From Clostridia bacterium (GTDB taxonomy: Bacteria; Bacillota; Clostridia; Christensenellales; CAG-138), in the NCBI GenBank assembly GCA_030527115.1, contig JAUNBM010000002.1, positions 4,285 to 68,284 of the forward strand: a stretch of 64,000 nucleotides of DNA. Reading direction: 5' to 3'. Positions 1 to 8,849 of this stretch are shown here, piece by piece. Position numbers and translations under genes: made by a program. The notes beneath the pieces were generated by a model. That model saw only the letters and a list, made by a program, of their open reading frames with translations, ran no database searches and had not been told where the DNA came from. Position 1 is the stretch's first letter, and the number at the start of each line of letters is the position of its first letter.

Positions 1-57
1 GCTTTGAGCAAACTCCTCTATCATCTTGTCGAATAAACGATATTTATACTCTGCCAT
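1..57 (-). CDS. 5' end of an unidentified gene that runs off the left edge (MAEYKYRLFDKMIEEFAQS...)
   Basis: Minus-strand ATG at 55-57 with GGAGG (64-68) 6 nt upstream, immediately after the MaoC gene stop. Only 19 codons are visible, so no product call is possible. Confidence 0.3.
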   Translation of the reverse strand, partial: MAEYKYRLFDKMIEEFAQS

Positions 58-67
58 ATTCCGCCTC

Positions 68-472
68 CTAATCGAACTTCACGGTGGCCATGCCGCTTAC
101 CACGGTCTTGCCGTGCTGATTTTTGCAGGTGGTTTGCAGCTTTGCAATGTGTTTATCCTCCCTAAGCTCGACGATCTCACACTCCGCGGTAATCGTATCG
201 CCCAGGTACACCGGCGCGGTAAACTTTGCCTCCTGCCCCAGATAGATGGTTCCCGGCCCCGGCAGCTTGTTTGCCAGAACCGCGCTGATAAGCCCGCAGG
301 TGGCGATACCGTGGACGATGCGCCTGCCGAATACGGACTTTGCCGCCGCCTCGTCATCGAGGTGGATGGGGTTGACGTCCAAGCTCACCTGTGCAAACTT
401 TTGCAAATCGTCGTCGCAAAAGGTCTTGGTGATGCTGTCCTTTTGTCCGATGGACAAATCTTTGAAACTCAT
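68..472 (-). CDS. MaoC-like (R)-specific enoyl-CoA hydratase/dehydratase (hot-dog fold)
   Basis: The translation MSFKDLSIGQ...DVNPIHLDDEAAAKSVFGRRIVHG matches the MaoC/PhaJ motif. I chose the internal ATG at 470-472 because GGAGG lies 8 nt upstream; the upstream part of track ORF 68..616 is AT-rich leader. Confidence 0.85.
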   Translation of the reverse strand: MSFKDLSIGQKDSITKTFCDDDLQKFAQVSLDVNPIHLDDEAAAKSVFGRRIVHGIATCGLISAVLANKLPGPGTIYLGQEAKFTAPVYLGDTITAECEIVELREDKHIAKLQTTCKNQHGKTVVSGMATVKFD

Positions 473-585
473 TTTTTTAACCTCCGTCGTTTTAGAAATC
501 CGAGCAGACGCATAAATATTCCTGCCCCGCTTCGGGATAAATATGATTATACGCTCATTTTTTTGCGTGTCAATGGATTTTAATG

Positions 586-613
586 AAAAAAGTGAAGATT
601 TCTTCACTTTTTT
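586..613. promoter_or_regulatory. Perfect 13-bp-arm palindrome AAAAAAGTGAAGA-TT-TCTTCACTTTTTT, a putative TetR operator (site 1)
   Basis: Read directly from the sequence. It lies between the tetR stop (718) and the MaoC start (472). Its core GTGAA-N6-TTCAC recurs at 1473-1488 and, as GTGAA-N6-TTCAT, at 1542-1557. Confidence 0.5.
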
Positions 614-717
614 CATAATAAAAAAATCCCGGCGTTTGCCGAGAGTATTTTTTAATTTGATTCAATGGCGTTTGCCGAGCCGAAACAGCGGCTCTTGTAA
701 AAAGAGGAGGGCCTTTT

Positions 718-1353
718 CTATTCCTCCACAGCTTCCCTGGGCGCTTTTTTGCGGCGCTTTCTAAAAACGCCGTTGCCGAGCATGATGCGAATCGTGGAGC
801 ACATGGAATCGAGCTTTTCAGCGGTAAGCTCGCCGCCTGTGATGGCTTGCAAGCCCACAAAGTTGGATATGCCCATGAGGGCGTAGACCAGGGTTTCGAT
901 ATCGATGCCGTCCACGAGCTCGTCCGAAGCCTTTTTTATAACATGGATGTAGCTACTTGCAAACCTTTGATAGTAGCCGTAGAACAAATCTTTATTGATG
1001 TATAGTGACTCCCAAATGAGATTGTAGCAGGTGGGATTGTCGTGCGCGTGCAGGATGAAGGCGCGAATACCCGCGGTTTCAATGTCCAAACGCCGTTTAT
1101 GCCCCTCGATGCTCTCGGCAAGCTTTTCTTTAAGCTCGTGCTCGTACTTGGCCATGATGTACTCGTACATGGAATACTTGCTCTCAAAATAGATGTAAAA
1201 GGTGCCTGTACCCACGTCGGCCTGGTTGACAATGTCGTTTATGGTTGTATTAAAATACCCCTTGGTGTAGAACATGGTTTCCGCCGCCGCGACCAATTTG
1301 TTGAAGCTTCTCAGCGCCGTGCGACTGGTTGGGACGTTTACTCCGTTCGTCAT
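718..1353 (-). CDS. TetR/AcrR family transcriptional regulator
   Basis: The N-terminal HTH region LVAAAETMFYTKGYFNTTINDIVNQADVGTGTFYIYFESK is typical of TetR. AAGGAGGG precedes the ATG. Confidence 0.85.
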   Translation of the reverse strand: MTNGVNVPTSRTALRSFNKLVAAAETMFYTKGYFNTTINDIVNQADVGTGTFYIYFESKYSMYEYIMAKYEHELKEKLAESIEGHKRRLDIETAGIRAFILHAHDNPTCYNLIWESLYINKDLFYGYYQRFASSYIHVIKKASDELVDGIDIETLVYALMGISNFVGLQAITGGELTAEKLDSMCSTIRIMLGNGVFRKRRKKAPREAVEE

Positions 1354-1467
1354 GAAACCCTCCTTCTTGTTTGCTGAATCTATTTATTATAAGCGCCGCA
1401 TCAGCAGAATGTCAACATTTAATGTATGGCCTTCTAAAAAAGTCCCTATTGTCTACACAATAATCTT

Positions 1468-1495
1468 AAAAAGTGAAAATATATTCACATTTTTT
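1468..1495. promoter_or_regulatory. Operator-like inverted repeat AAAAAGTGAA-AATATA-TTCACATTTTT (site 2)
   Basis: Same GTGAA-N6-TTCAC core and A/T flanks as site 1. Located in the tetR/thiolase divergent intergenic region, just upstream of the -35 of the thiolase promoter. Confidence 0.45.
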
Positions 1496-1506
1496 CAAAA
1501 AATCTA

Positions 1507-1535
1507 TTGACAGGCCCGAATCCGTTTGATATTAT
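1507..1535 (+). promoter_or_regulatory. Sigma-A-type promoter of the thiolase/ABC operon (TTGACA-17-TATTAT)
   Basis: Consensus -35 TTGACA at 1507-1512, a 17-nt spacer, and -10 TATTAT at 1530-1535, about 80 nt upstream of the thiolase start. Confidence 0.5.
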
Positions 1536-1537
1536 GA

Positions 1538-1561
1538 TTTTGTGAATGGGAGTTCATAAAA
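1538..1561. promoter_or_regulatory. Operator-like imperfect palindrome TTTTGTGAA-TGGGAG-TTCATAAAA (site 3)
   Basis: GTGAA-N6-TTCAT core with T4/A4 flanks, immediately downstream of the -10 and covering the expected transcription start. Confidence 0.4.
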
Positions 1562-1614
1562 TTTTAGCCGATAGATTATTAAGGTTTTTACGGCGTCAAA
1601 GCAAGAGGGGTTTC

Positions 1615-2817
1615 ATGAAAGTTTATGCAGTAGCGGCAAAGAGGACGGCAATAGGAAGCATGCTGGGCAGTTTGAAGGACGTTTCGCCCGCCGATTATGC
1701 GGCGGAGGTTGTCAAGCAGTTGTTGAAGGACACGGGACTTAACGGCCGGGATGTCGACGAGGTCATAGTCGGCAACGTGTTGCCCGCGGCGCTGGGGCAG
1801 GGCATAGGAAGGCAGGTTGCGATAAAGGCGGGGATTCCGGAGACGGTTCCGGCATACAGTCTGAACATGGTTTGCGGAAGCGGAATGAAAAGCGTTATGA
1901 ACGCCTACACCTCCATCCTTGCCGGCACGGCGGACATCATCATTGCGGGCGGAACCGAATCTATGACGCGCGCCCCCGTTTTGATCCCCTCCACCGTGAG
2001 AAGCGGACACAAGATGGGCAACATGACCGTAATCGACCATATGATTCACGACTCGCTGACCGACGCATACAGCGGGGCGCACATGGGCATCACCGCCGAG
2101 AACATAGCCGAAAAGTACAACATCACGCGCCAAATGCAGGACGATTTTGCGATAGCCTCGCAGGAGAAGGCGATAAGGGCTGTGGACGGCGGCGTGTTCG
2201 ACGAGGAGATTGTTCCTATTATAATCAAGAATAAAAAGGGCGACATCGTTTTCAACCGCGACGAGTATCCCAACAGAACCACAAGCCGCGAAAAGCTCGG
2301 AAAGTTGCGTCCGGCCTTTAAGAATGACGGCACGGTCACGGCGGGCAACGCATCGGGCATCAACGACGGTGCCAGCTTTGTCATGCTGGCGAGCGAAAAG
2401 GCGGTAAAACAGCACAACCTAAAGCCCTTGGTAGAGATAGTAGGCATAGGCCAGGGCGGCGTTGACCCGCAGTACATGGGCTTAGGCCCCGTCCCCGCGA
2501 TAGAAAAGGCGCTGAAAAATGCCGGAATCGAGCTTTGCGATGTGGATATATTGGAGCTTAACGAGGCCTTTGCCGCGCAGTCCCTGGGCGTTGTGGAACT
2601 GCTTTGCCGCGAACACGGCGTGGACAAAAACGAGCTTTTGGAAAAGACCAACATAAACGGCGGAGCCATAGCCCTGGGACACCCCGTGGGCGCTTCCGGA
2701 AACCGAATCTTAGTGACGCTGATATATGAAATGCTTCACCTTGACCGTCAAATCGGACTTGCCAGCCTTTGCATAGGCGGCGGAATGGGCACGGCGGTAG
2801 TGGTAAAAAAAGTATAA
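1615..2817 (+). CDS. Acetyl-CoA C-acetyltransferase (thiolase II)
   Basis: Thiolase hallmarks are present: MKVYAVAAKRTAIGS..., NMVCGSGMKS (active-site Cys) and the C-terminal GLASLCIGGGMG. Start set at the ATG at 1615, preceded by AGAGGGG, rather than the track start at 1546. Confidence 0.9.
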   Translation: MKVYAVAAKRTAIGSMLGSLKDVSPADYAAEVVKQLLKDTGLNGRDVDEVIVGNVLPAALGQGIGRQVAIKAGIPETVPAYSLNMVCGSGMKSVMNAYTSILAGTADIIIAGGTESMTRAPVLIPSTVRSGHKMGNMTVIDHMIHDSLTDAYSGAHMGITAENIAEKYNITRQMQDDFAIASQEKAIRAVDGGVFDEEIVPIIIKNKKGDIVFNRDEYPNRTTSREKLGKLRPAFKNDGTVTAGNASGINDGASFVMLASEKAVKQHNLKPLVEIVGIGQGGVDPQYMGLGPVPAIEKALKNAGIELCDVDILELNEAFAAQSLGVVELLCREHGVDKNELLEKTNINGGAIALGHPVGASGNRILVTLIYEMLHLDRQIGLASLCIGGGMGTAVVVKKV

Positions 2818-2835
2818 ATAAAAAGGAGAATCCAA

Positions 2836-3555
2836 ATGAGACTGAACGAAAAAGTAGCCGTAGTAACCGGCGCCGCCAAAGGCTTGGGCGGAGAGATGGC
2901 GCAACTGTTTGCAGCAAACGGAGCGAAAGTAGTAGCGGCGGACATGATGCCCCTGACATATGAAAACCCCAACGTCGAGTATATGCAACTCAACGTGGCG
3001 GACAGCGAACAATGCAAGGTGTTCTTCGACGCTGTTATTGCAAAGTACGGAAAAATTGACATCCTGGTCAACAACGCGGGCATCACCCGCGATGCGATGA
3101 CGAGGAAGATGACCGACGATCAGTGGAACGCGGTAATCTCCGTAAACCTTACGGGCATATTCAATCTGACAAGGTATATCGGCCCTCAGATGGAGGAGAT
3201 AGGCGGCGGTTCTATAATCAACATATCCTCTGTGGTGGGCGTGTTCGGCAACATCGGACAGGCCAACTATTCGGCAACCAAGGCGGGCGTCATCGGTCTT
3301 ACTAAGACGTGGGCAAAGGAATTTGCGCGCAAGGGCGTACCGGTGAGGGTCAATGCGATTGCGCCGGGCTACATAATGACCGACATGATGAAGACCGTTC
3401 CTCAAGACTTGTTGGATAAGTTTGCAAAGCAGACGATGCTTGGAAGGCTCGGACAACCCGAGGAGATTGCAAAGGCGGCGCTGTTCTTGGCGAGCGACGA
3501 TGCAAGCTATGTTACGGGGCAGTGCATCTCAGTCAACGGAGGCATGAGGTTATAA
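2836..3555 (+). CDS. SDR-family 3-oxoacyl reductase (FabG / PhaB-like)
   Basis: VAVVTGAAKGLGG (TGxxxGxG), NNAG, and YSATKAG (YxxxK) motifs. AAGGAGA RBS. Confidence 0.85.
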   Translation: MRLNEKVAVVTGAAKGLGGEMAQLFAANGAKVVAADMMPLTYENPNVEYMQLNVADSEQCKVFFDAVIAKYGKIDILVNNAGITRDAMTRKMTDDQWNAVISVNLTGIFNLTRYIGPQMEEIGGGSIINISSVVGVFGNIGQANYSATKAGVIGLTKTWAKEFARKGVPVRVNAIAPGYIMTDMMKTVPQDLLDKFAKQTMLGRLGQPEEIAKAALFLASDDASYVTGQCISVNGGMRL

Positions 3556-3556
3556 T

Positions 3557-4585
3557 ATGGCGTGCAAGAGCGATATAAACGTAGGCATAGTGGGAACGGG
3601 CGTCTATCTCCCGAAAAACGTGATGACCGCAAAGCAGATAAGCGAGGCGACCCGGGGCGTTTGGACGGAGGAAGCCGTTATAAATAAGCTCGGAATCAAG
3701 ACCAAGTTTTTGCCCGGCGAGGGCGACGGCACGCAGGAGATGGGCGCAAAGGCCGCCAAGATTTGTTTGGAAAATACGGGCTTTGATCCCAAAGATATAG
3801 ATGTTATACTCTGTATAGGCGAGGAGTGGAAGGAGTATCCGCTGACGACCTCGGCCTGCTATATTCAAGACGCGATAGGCGCTGTAAACGCGTGGGGCAT
3901 CGACGTGCAAAACCGCTGTTGCACCTGCGTCTCCACAATGAAGATAGCCAGGGATATGCTGATTGCCGACGATGAGATAGACACGGTTTTAATCTGCGGC
4001 GGATATCGCAACGGGGACTTTGTGGATTACACCGACAGGAATATGTCGATGATGTTCAACCTTTCCGCAGGCGGCGGCGCGATGCTTTTGAAAAAGAATT
4101 ACGGCAAAAACCTGTTGCTGGGCAGCAAGATTATGAGCGACGGCTCCCTGGCGCGCACGGCGGGGGTTGAGATTGGCGGCATAAACAAGCCGTTTACAAA
4201 GGACAACATAGAGGAAGGGTATAAATCCTTGCGCCTTATGGAAGCGCAAAAGATGAAGGACAGGCTAAACGCGGTCAGCATGCCTAATTGGCATCACTGT
4301 ATCGACGAGAGCCTGCGTCAGGCAAACTTGACCCGCGCCGATATAGATTATCTCGATATTCTGCATATCAAGCGCAGCGGTCACAACGGTATGCTGGCGG
4401 ATTTGGGCCTGAGCGAGGAGCAGAGCATCTATCTTGAGGACTATGGCCATATCGGGCAGATCGACCAGATTTTATCGTTGGAACTGGGGATTAAACAGGG
4501 CAAGGTTAAGGACGGTAGCGTCGTATGTATGATTGCCGCAGGAATCGGCTATGTTTGGTCCGCAAACATCATCAAATGGGGATAG
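3557..4585 (+). CDS. Divergent 3-oxoacyl synthase III (KAS III/FabH-like) family protein
   Basis: FabH-like layout: GIVGTGVYLP at the N-terminus, a Cys-containing NRCCTCVSTM, and the C-terminal AAGIGYVWSANIIKW. The canonical HQAN and GNTSAAS motifs appear replaced by HIKRSGHN and YGHIGQ. Confidence 0.7.
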   Translation: MACKSDINVGIVGTGVYLPKNVMTAKQISEATRGVWTEEAVINKLGIKTKFLPGEGDGTQEMGAKAAKICLENTGFDPKDIDVILCIGEEWKEYPLTTSACYIQDAIGAVNAWGIDVQNRCCTCVSTMKIARDMLIADDEIDTVLICGGYRNGDFVDYTDRNMSMMFNLSAGGGAMLLKKNYGKNLLLGSKIMSDGSLARTAGVEIGGINKPFTKDNIEEGYKSLRLMEAQKMKDRLNAVSMPNWHHCIDESLRQANLTRADIDYLDILHIKRSGHNGMLADLGLSEEQSIYLEDYGHIGQIDQILSLELGIKQGKVKDGSVVCMIAAGIGYVWSANIIKWG

Positions 4586-4594
4586 AGGAGCCAA

Positions 4595-5512
4595 ATGACA
4601 CTATTTGACAATCTTGCAAGCACGATGTTAGGTTCGCTGTCGTCCATAAGCGTTACGGTACTTGCCACGCTGGCGGTTACGCTGATTTTCAAGACCTCGT
4701 ACACCACCAACTTTGCGCAGGGCATCATCTCCGCGATGGGTTCGTACACGGTTATGGAGCTATTAGTCTATTCGGGAATACCGATTTATTACGGCGTCTT
4801 CATCGGCGTTGTGGTAGGCGTGCTGATAGGACTGTTCATCGACTTGGCCATCTTTCGCAGGGGGCGCTATGTCAACGCCATAGGCAAGCAGATTATAACG
4901 ATGGGCATGGTGTCCATCTTAGTCGGGGCGATTCCGCTGATATTCCGCACCGCGGGACTGGAATCGGTCAATCTCATGCCGGTGGTCGAACTCAACAGGT
5001 ATATCACGTTCAGCGAGAACATCACGATTCAGTTGAACACGGTGATATACTTTGCCGTTGCCGCGGTGATAGTCGCAATAGTGTTTTTGTTGCTCAACTT
5101 CTCCAAGTGGGGGCTGGGCGTAAGATCCACCGCAAGCAACGAGCAGGTGGCAGGGATGCTCGGCATCAACACCACCTTTATCACGGCGGTTTCATGGGGC
5201 ATTGCGGGCGCGTTGGGCGCAATTTCCGCCACGATGTATGCGGGCTTTTCTCAAATGAGCAACAGCCTGTTTATGACGACGATACAGGTCAACGCCTTCC
5301 TTGCCTGCATCTTGGGCGGCTTTGCAACCTTCTACGGCCCCGTTTTGGGAGCCGTGATGATACCGCTGATATCGGCGTTTATCGGCTTTGTGGCGATATA
5401 CGTTCCGGGGCTTTCGGCATGGCGCGAGGTCTTGGTCTACGCCGTGCTGTTACTTTTGATTCTGTGGAAACCCCAGGGGCTATTCGGGCCCCGCGCCGTA
5501 AAGAAGGTGTAG
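4595..5512 (+). CDS. Branched-chain-amino-acid-type ABC transporter permease (LivH family)
   Basis: Polytopic hydrophobic protein of LivH-like length and composition, first of the HMGF gene order. GAGGAG RBS. Confidence 0.85.
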   Translation: MTLFDNLASTMLGSLSSISVTVLATLAVTLIFKTSYTTNFAQGIISAMGSYTVMELLVYSGIPIYYGVFIGVVVGVLIGLFIDLAIFRRGRYVNAIGKQIITMGMVSILVGAIPLIFRTAGLESVNLMPVVELNRYITFSENITIQLNTVIYFAVAAVIVAIVFLLLNFSKWGLGVRSTASNEQVAGMLGINTTFITAVSWGIAGALGAISATMYAGFSQMSNSLFMTTIQVNAFLACILGGFATFYGPVLGAVMIPLISAFIGFVAIYVPGLSAWREVLVYAVLLLLILWKPQGLFGPRAVKKV

Positions 5513-5513
5513 C

Positions 5514-6626
5514 ATGATTACTTTACAACAACTGTCAAAAGGGCTTCTTTGCAACAAGACTCAGCTGTACGGGGAGGAGAAACGCAGCCGTTCCTTGAGG
5601 GGCGCGCTGAAAAATCCGCTGGGACAGTACCTTCTGTTCGGGCTAATCCTGGTCGTCTTACAGCTTGTTTCCTCGCTCGGTTCGGAGTTTGGGATAAGGA
5701 TAATCCCGGTCAGCTTTATGACCGCGCTCGGAAGCACGCTGATTTACAGCATGGTTTCAATCGGCTTTTGCCTGCTTCTGGGCTATTCGGGGCTTGCCTC
5801 GCTCGGCACCGCCGGCTTTATCGGCATAGGCTCGTACTGCGCGTTCTTCTGCTTCCAAGAATGGGGACTGCCCTATATCGTCGCAATTATGATGACGCTT
5901 GCCATCTCAATCATCATCGGTGTGTTCGTGGGCTTCATCTCGCTTAGAATAGAGGGCATATATCTTGCGATAATCACGCTCGGGCTTTCGGAAATCCTCC
6001 GCTACGCCCTGCAAACCATACGCGCAACCGTCAACATAGATCTTAGCAACATCAAGCTGTTCGGCGCAACGATAGACAAGGAAGTGGTGTTCTACCTCAT
6101 CGTGGCGGTGCTGTTGATTCTGATTTGGATAACCAACAATCTCATTAAAAGCCCCACGGGCAGGGCCATGCTCGCCATGAAAAACAGCACCTCCGCGGCG
6201 CAGGCCTACGGTATCTCGCTGATGAAGTACCGCCTGCTGGCCTTCGTGCTGTCCACGGTCTACGCCGCGCTTGCGGGAATCATGTACATGATGTACCTTC
6301 GCTCGGTGTCCACCTCGATGTCCACGCTGTTTAGGCTTACGACCTCGCTCAACATCTTGGGTGCGGTTATCATAGGCGGCGCAAAGTCGATATGGGGCGT
6401 GCTTGCGGGCACCTTCATAGTGTACGGGCTGGACTCGATGTTCTTGCAGAGCATACCGCTGTTCAACGATAATCCGACGCTTATCACCCTGTTCACGGGA
6501 ATATTGATAATCCTCGTCGTAATGTTCTACCCCGGGGGCTTGCAACAGCTGTTCACGCTCATAAGGCGCAAGGTAATTGCCCTGGCGGCGAAAAGAAGGG
6601 AGGCAAGGTATGGCAGAGATGTTTAA
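5514..6626 (+). CDS. Branched-chain-amino-acid-type ABC transporter permease (LivM family)
   Basis: Polytopic membrane protein with the LivM-type segment LLLGYSGLASLGTAGFIGIGSY. Sits between the LivH-like and ATPase genes. Confidence 0.85.
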   Translation: MITLQQLSKGLLCNKTQLYGEEKRSRSLRGALKNPLGQYLLFGLILVVLQLVSSLGSEFGIRIIPVSFMTALGSTLIYSMVSIGFCLLLGYSGLASLGTAGFIGIGSYCAFFCFQEWGLPYIVAIMMTLAISIIIGVFVGFISLRIEGIYLAIITLGLSEILRYALQTIRATVNIDLSNIKLFGATIDKEVVFYLIVAVLLILIWITNNLIKSPTGRAMLAMKNSTSAAQAYGISLMKYRLLAFVLSTVYAALAGIMYMMYLRSVSTSMSTLFRLTTSLNILGAVIIGGAKSIWGVLAGTFIVYGLDSMFLQSIPLFNDNPTLITLFTGILIILVVMFYPGGLQQLFTLIRRKVIALAAKRREARYGRDV

Positions 6627-8046
6627 AACGTTCCGTCTCACAAGGCTGGATAAGAAAGTCAGGCGGGTCAAAAACCATGCCAAAAAGCGCGGCATTATGG
6701 AGCGGCACAAGGTCGTTACAGCCGCAAACAGGCAGATAAAACTTGCCAACAAAGAGCTTAAAAAGTCGCTCTTGCAGGCCCTTACCGCCGAGGAAGTCTT
6801 TGATATAAGGATGCAAAAGGCCTTAAAAAAGTATGATTTAAAGGCCAAGTGGGAGTACCGCAGGGTAAACCATGGATTTGCAAAGAAGATATTTGAAGCG
6901 GCGAAGGCAGGCGATACGGAGACGGAACGGAAGCTTTTGGAAAAGAACCGCGCCGAAGTCCTGGCCCTCGATAGCAAGAGGGCAAGGTTTGTCCTTCGAT
7001 GGGAGGAGAAGAAGAGCGCCTTTGTTAAGGCCGGCCGGGCGGACGAAAGCGTTGCCGAAAAGAGACGGTTGCAATTTGACAGGCAGTTAGAGGAGCAGAA
7101 AGCCAAGCTCTCCGAGCTTTATGAGATTAAGAGCGGGCTTGCGGCAAAAAATATCGAGCAGTTCGACGCAAGGACGGCGGACAAGCTGAAAGCGCTCTCC
7201 GATAAGCGTGCCGCGATTTTGGGCAGGGGTCGCACGGAATTGGCGGACGACGTCATTCTCTCCGTAAATAATCTCTGTATGTATTTCGGCGGCCTTCATG
7301 CCGTGGACGAGCTTAGCTTTGACGTCAAAAAGGGCGAGATATTCGGTCTGATAGGCCCCAACGGCGCGGGCAAGACCACGGTGTTCAACTGTATCACGCA
7401 GTTTTACAAGCCGACACGGGGCGAACTGCACTTTAAAAACAAGGAGAACGTCACCGTGAGGCTTACCGACTACTCGGTGCACGACGTCGTGCTGGAGGGC
7501 ATATCGCGTACCTTCCAAAATGTCGAGGTCATAAAAGAGGTTTCGGTTTTGGAGAACCTTTTGATAGCGGCGACGAGGTTTTATACGGCAAGCGTGTTCG
7601 AGCAGGCGCTCCACCTTCCCATCTTAAAGATAGAGGAGGAGCTTATAAAGCAAAAGGCGGAAACCGTTTTAAAGCTTTTGGGGCTTTCGACCTACAAGGA
7701 CTGGTATGCGTTCGGCCTGCCCTACGGCGTGCTTAAAAAGATAGAGATAGCCCGCGCACTGATGACGGAGCCAAAGCTCATCATCTTGGACGAGCCGGCG
7801 GCGGGGCTTAACGACACCGAGACTGCCGAGCTTGCCGAGCTGATTTGCAGGATTCGAAAGGATTTCGAGTGCACCATCCTCTTGGTTGAGCATGATATGT
7901 CGCTGGTAATGTCTGTGTGCGACAGGGTCTGCGCCATATCGTTCGGCAAGAAGCTCGCGCTCGGCACGCCCGACGAGATTCAAGCGGACAAGCAGGTGCA
8001 GGAGGCCTATCTCGGAGTTTCCGAGGAGGAGGGAGAGAGCCGATGA
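6610..8046 (+). CDS. LivG-type ABC ATPase with a ~214-aa Lys/Glu/Arg-rich N-terminal extension
   Basis: The C-terminal 265 aa carry Walker A GPNGAGKTT, the LivG-type insert, Walker B LIILDEPAAG and the H-loop VEHDM. The ORF is open from an ATG at 6610 with a GGGAGG RBS that overlaps the livM end. An in-frame TTG at 7240 would give a canonical-length LivG. Confidence 0.75.
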   Translation: MAEMFKTFRLTRLDKKVRRVKNHAKKRGIMERHKVVTAANRQIKLANKELKKSLLQALTAEEVFDIRMQKALKKYDLKAKWEYRRVNHGFAKKIFEAAKAGDTETERKLLEKNRAEVLALDSKRARFVLRWEEKKSAFVKAGRADESVAEKRRLQFDRQLEEQKAKLSELYEIKSGLAAKNIEQFDARTADKLKALSDKRAAILGRGRTELADDVILSVNNLCMYFGGLHAVDELSFDVKKGEIFGLIGPNGAGKTTVFNCITQFYKPTRGELHFKNKENVTVRLTDYSVHDVVLEGISRTFQNVEVIKEVSVLENLLIAATRFYTASVFEQALHLPILKIEEELIKQKAETVLKLLGLSTYKDWYAFGLPYGVLKKIEIARALMTEPKLIILDEPAAGLNDTETAELAELICRIRKDFECTILLVEHDMSLVMSVCDRVCAISFGKKLALGTPDEIQADKQVQEAYLGVSEEEGESR

Positions 8047-8798
8047 ACGAGATACTTCAAATAAAAAACCTTAAAGTTTCTTACGGCCCGATAAGCGCGG
8101 TAAAGGGCATAGACCTTAGCGTCGAAAGGGGCAAGCTGGTCGCACTTTTGGGCGCCAACGGCGCGGGCAAGACCTCAACTCTCAGGGCAATATCGGGCCT
8201 TACCAAGGCGTCGGGCGGCGAGATTCTGCTGGACGGGGTCAACATAGCCAATGAAAAGCCCTACAAGATTGCCAAGGCCGGAGTTATGCAGTCGCCCGAG
8301 GGGAGGATGATTCTTTCGGGACTTACCGTGGAGGAGAATTTAAAGGCAGGGGCGTATTCGCTTAAACCTAAAAGCGTAAACGGTAACCGCCTTTCGGTAA
8401 GGGTGCAGATGGCGGCAAACTTCGAGCGGGTTTACGCACTGTTTCCGAGATTGAAAGAGCGCGCCCGCCAGCAGTCCAACACCCTGTCGGGCGGTGAACA
8501 GCAGATGCTGGCGATAGGCAGGGCTTTGATGGCAAGCCCCAAGGTGTTGCTCTTAGATGAGCCTTCGCTGGGACTTGCGCCGCTTGTCATAAAGGACATA
8601 TTTGCGGTGCTGACGCAGATAAAGAAGGAGGGCACGACAATACTTATAGTCGAGCAAAACGCCCTCGCTTCGCTGAAAATTGCCGACTACGCCTATGTTT
8701 TGGAGCTCGGCAGGATCACCATGCACGGCCCTGCGGACGAGCTTAGACGGGACGAACGCCTGATAGAAGCGTACCTCGGCGGAAAGACTTCCGACTGA
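8043..8798 (+). CDS. LivF-type ABC ATPase
   Basis: MNEILQIKNLKVSYG..., Walker A GANGAGKTS, signature LSGGEQQ, and Walker B LLLDEPSLG. ATGA overlap with the preceding stop. Confidence 0.9.
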   Translation: MNEILQIKNLKVSYGPISAVKGIDLSVERGKLVALLGANGAGKTSTLRAISGLTKASGGEILLDGVNIANEKPYKIAKAGVMQSPEGRMILSGLTVEENLKAGAYSLKPKSVNGNRLSVRVQMAANFERVYALFPRLKERARQQSNTLSGGEQQMLAIGRALMASPKVLLLDEPSLGLAPLVIKDIFAVLTQIKKEGTTILIVEQNALASLKIADYAYVLELGRITMHGPADELRRDERLIEAYLGGKTSD

Positions 8799-8849
8799 TT
8801 AAAAATAAAAAAAACAGAGGCAAACCCTCAAAAAGAAAAGGAGAAAAAA

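Noticed and set aside
586-613. Reading the perfect palindrome as an intrinsic terminator for tetR.
   Set aside because: The stem is A/T-rich with only a 2-nt centre, so it would make a poor hairpin. The same GTGAA-N6-TTCAY core also recurs twice in the divergent promoter region, which fits an operator better. A dual role cannot be excluded.
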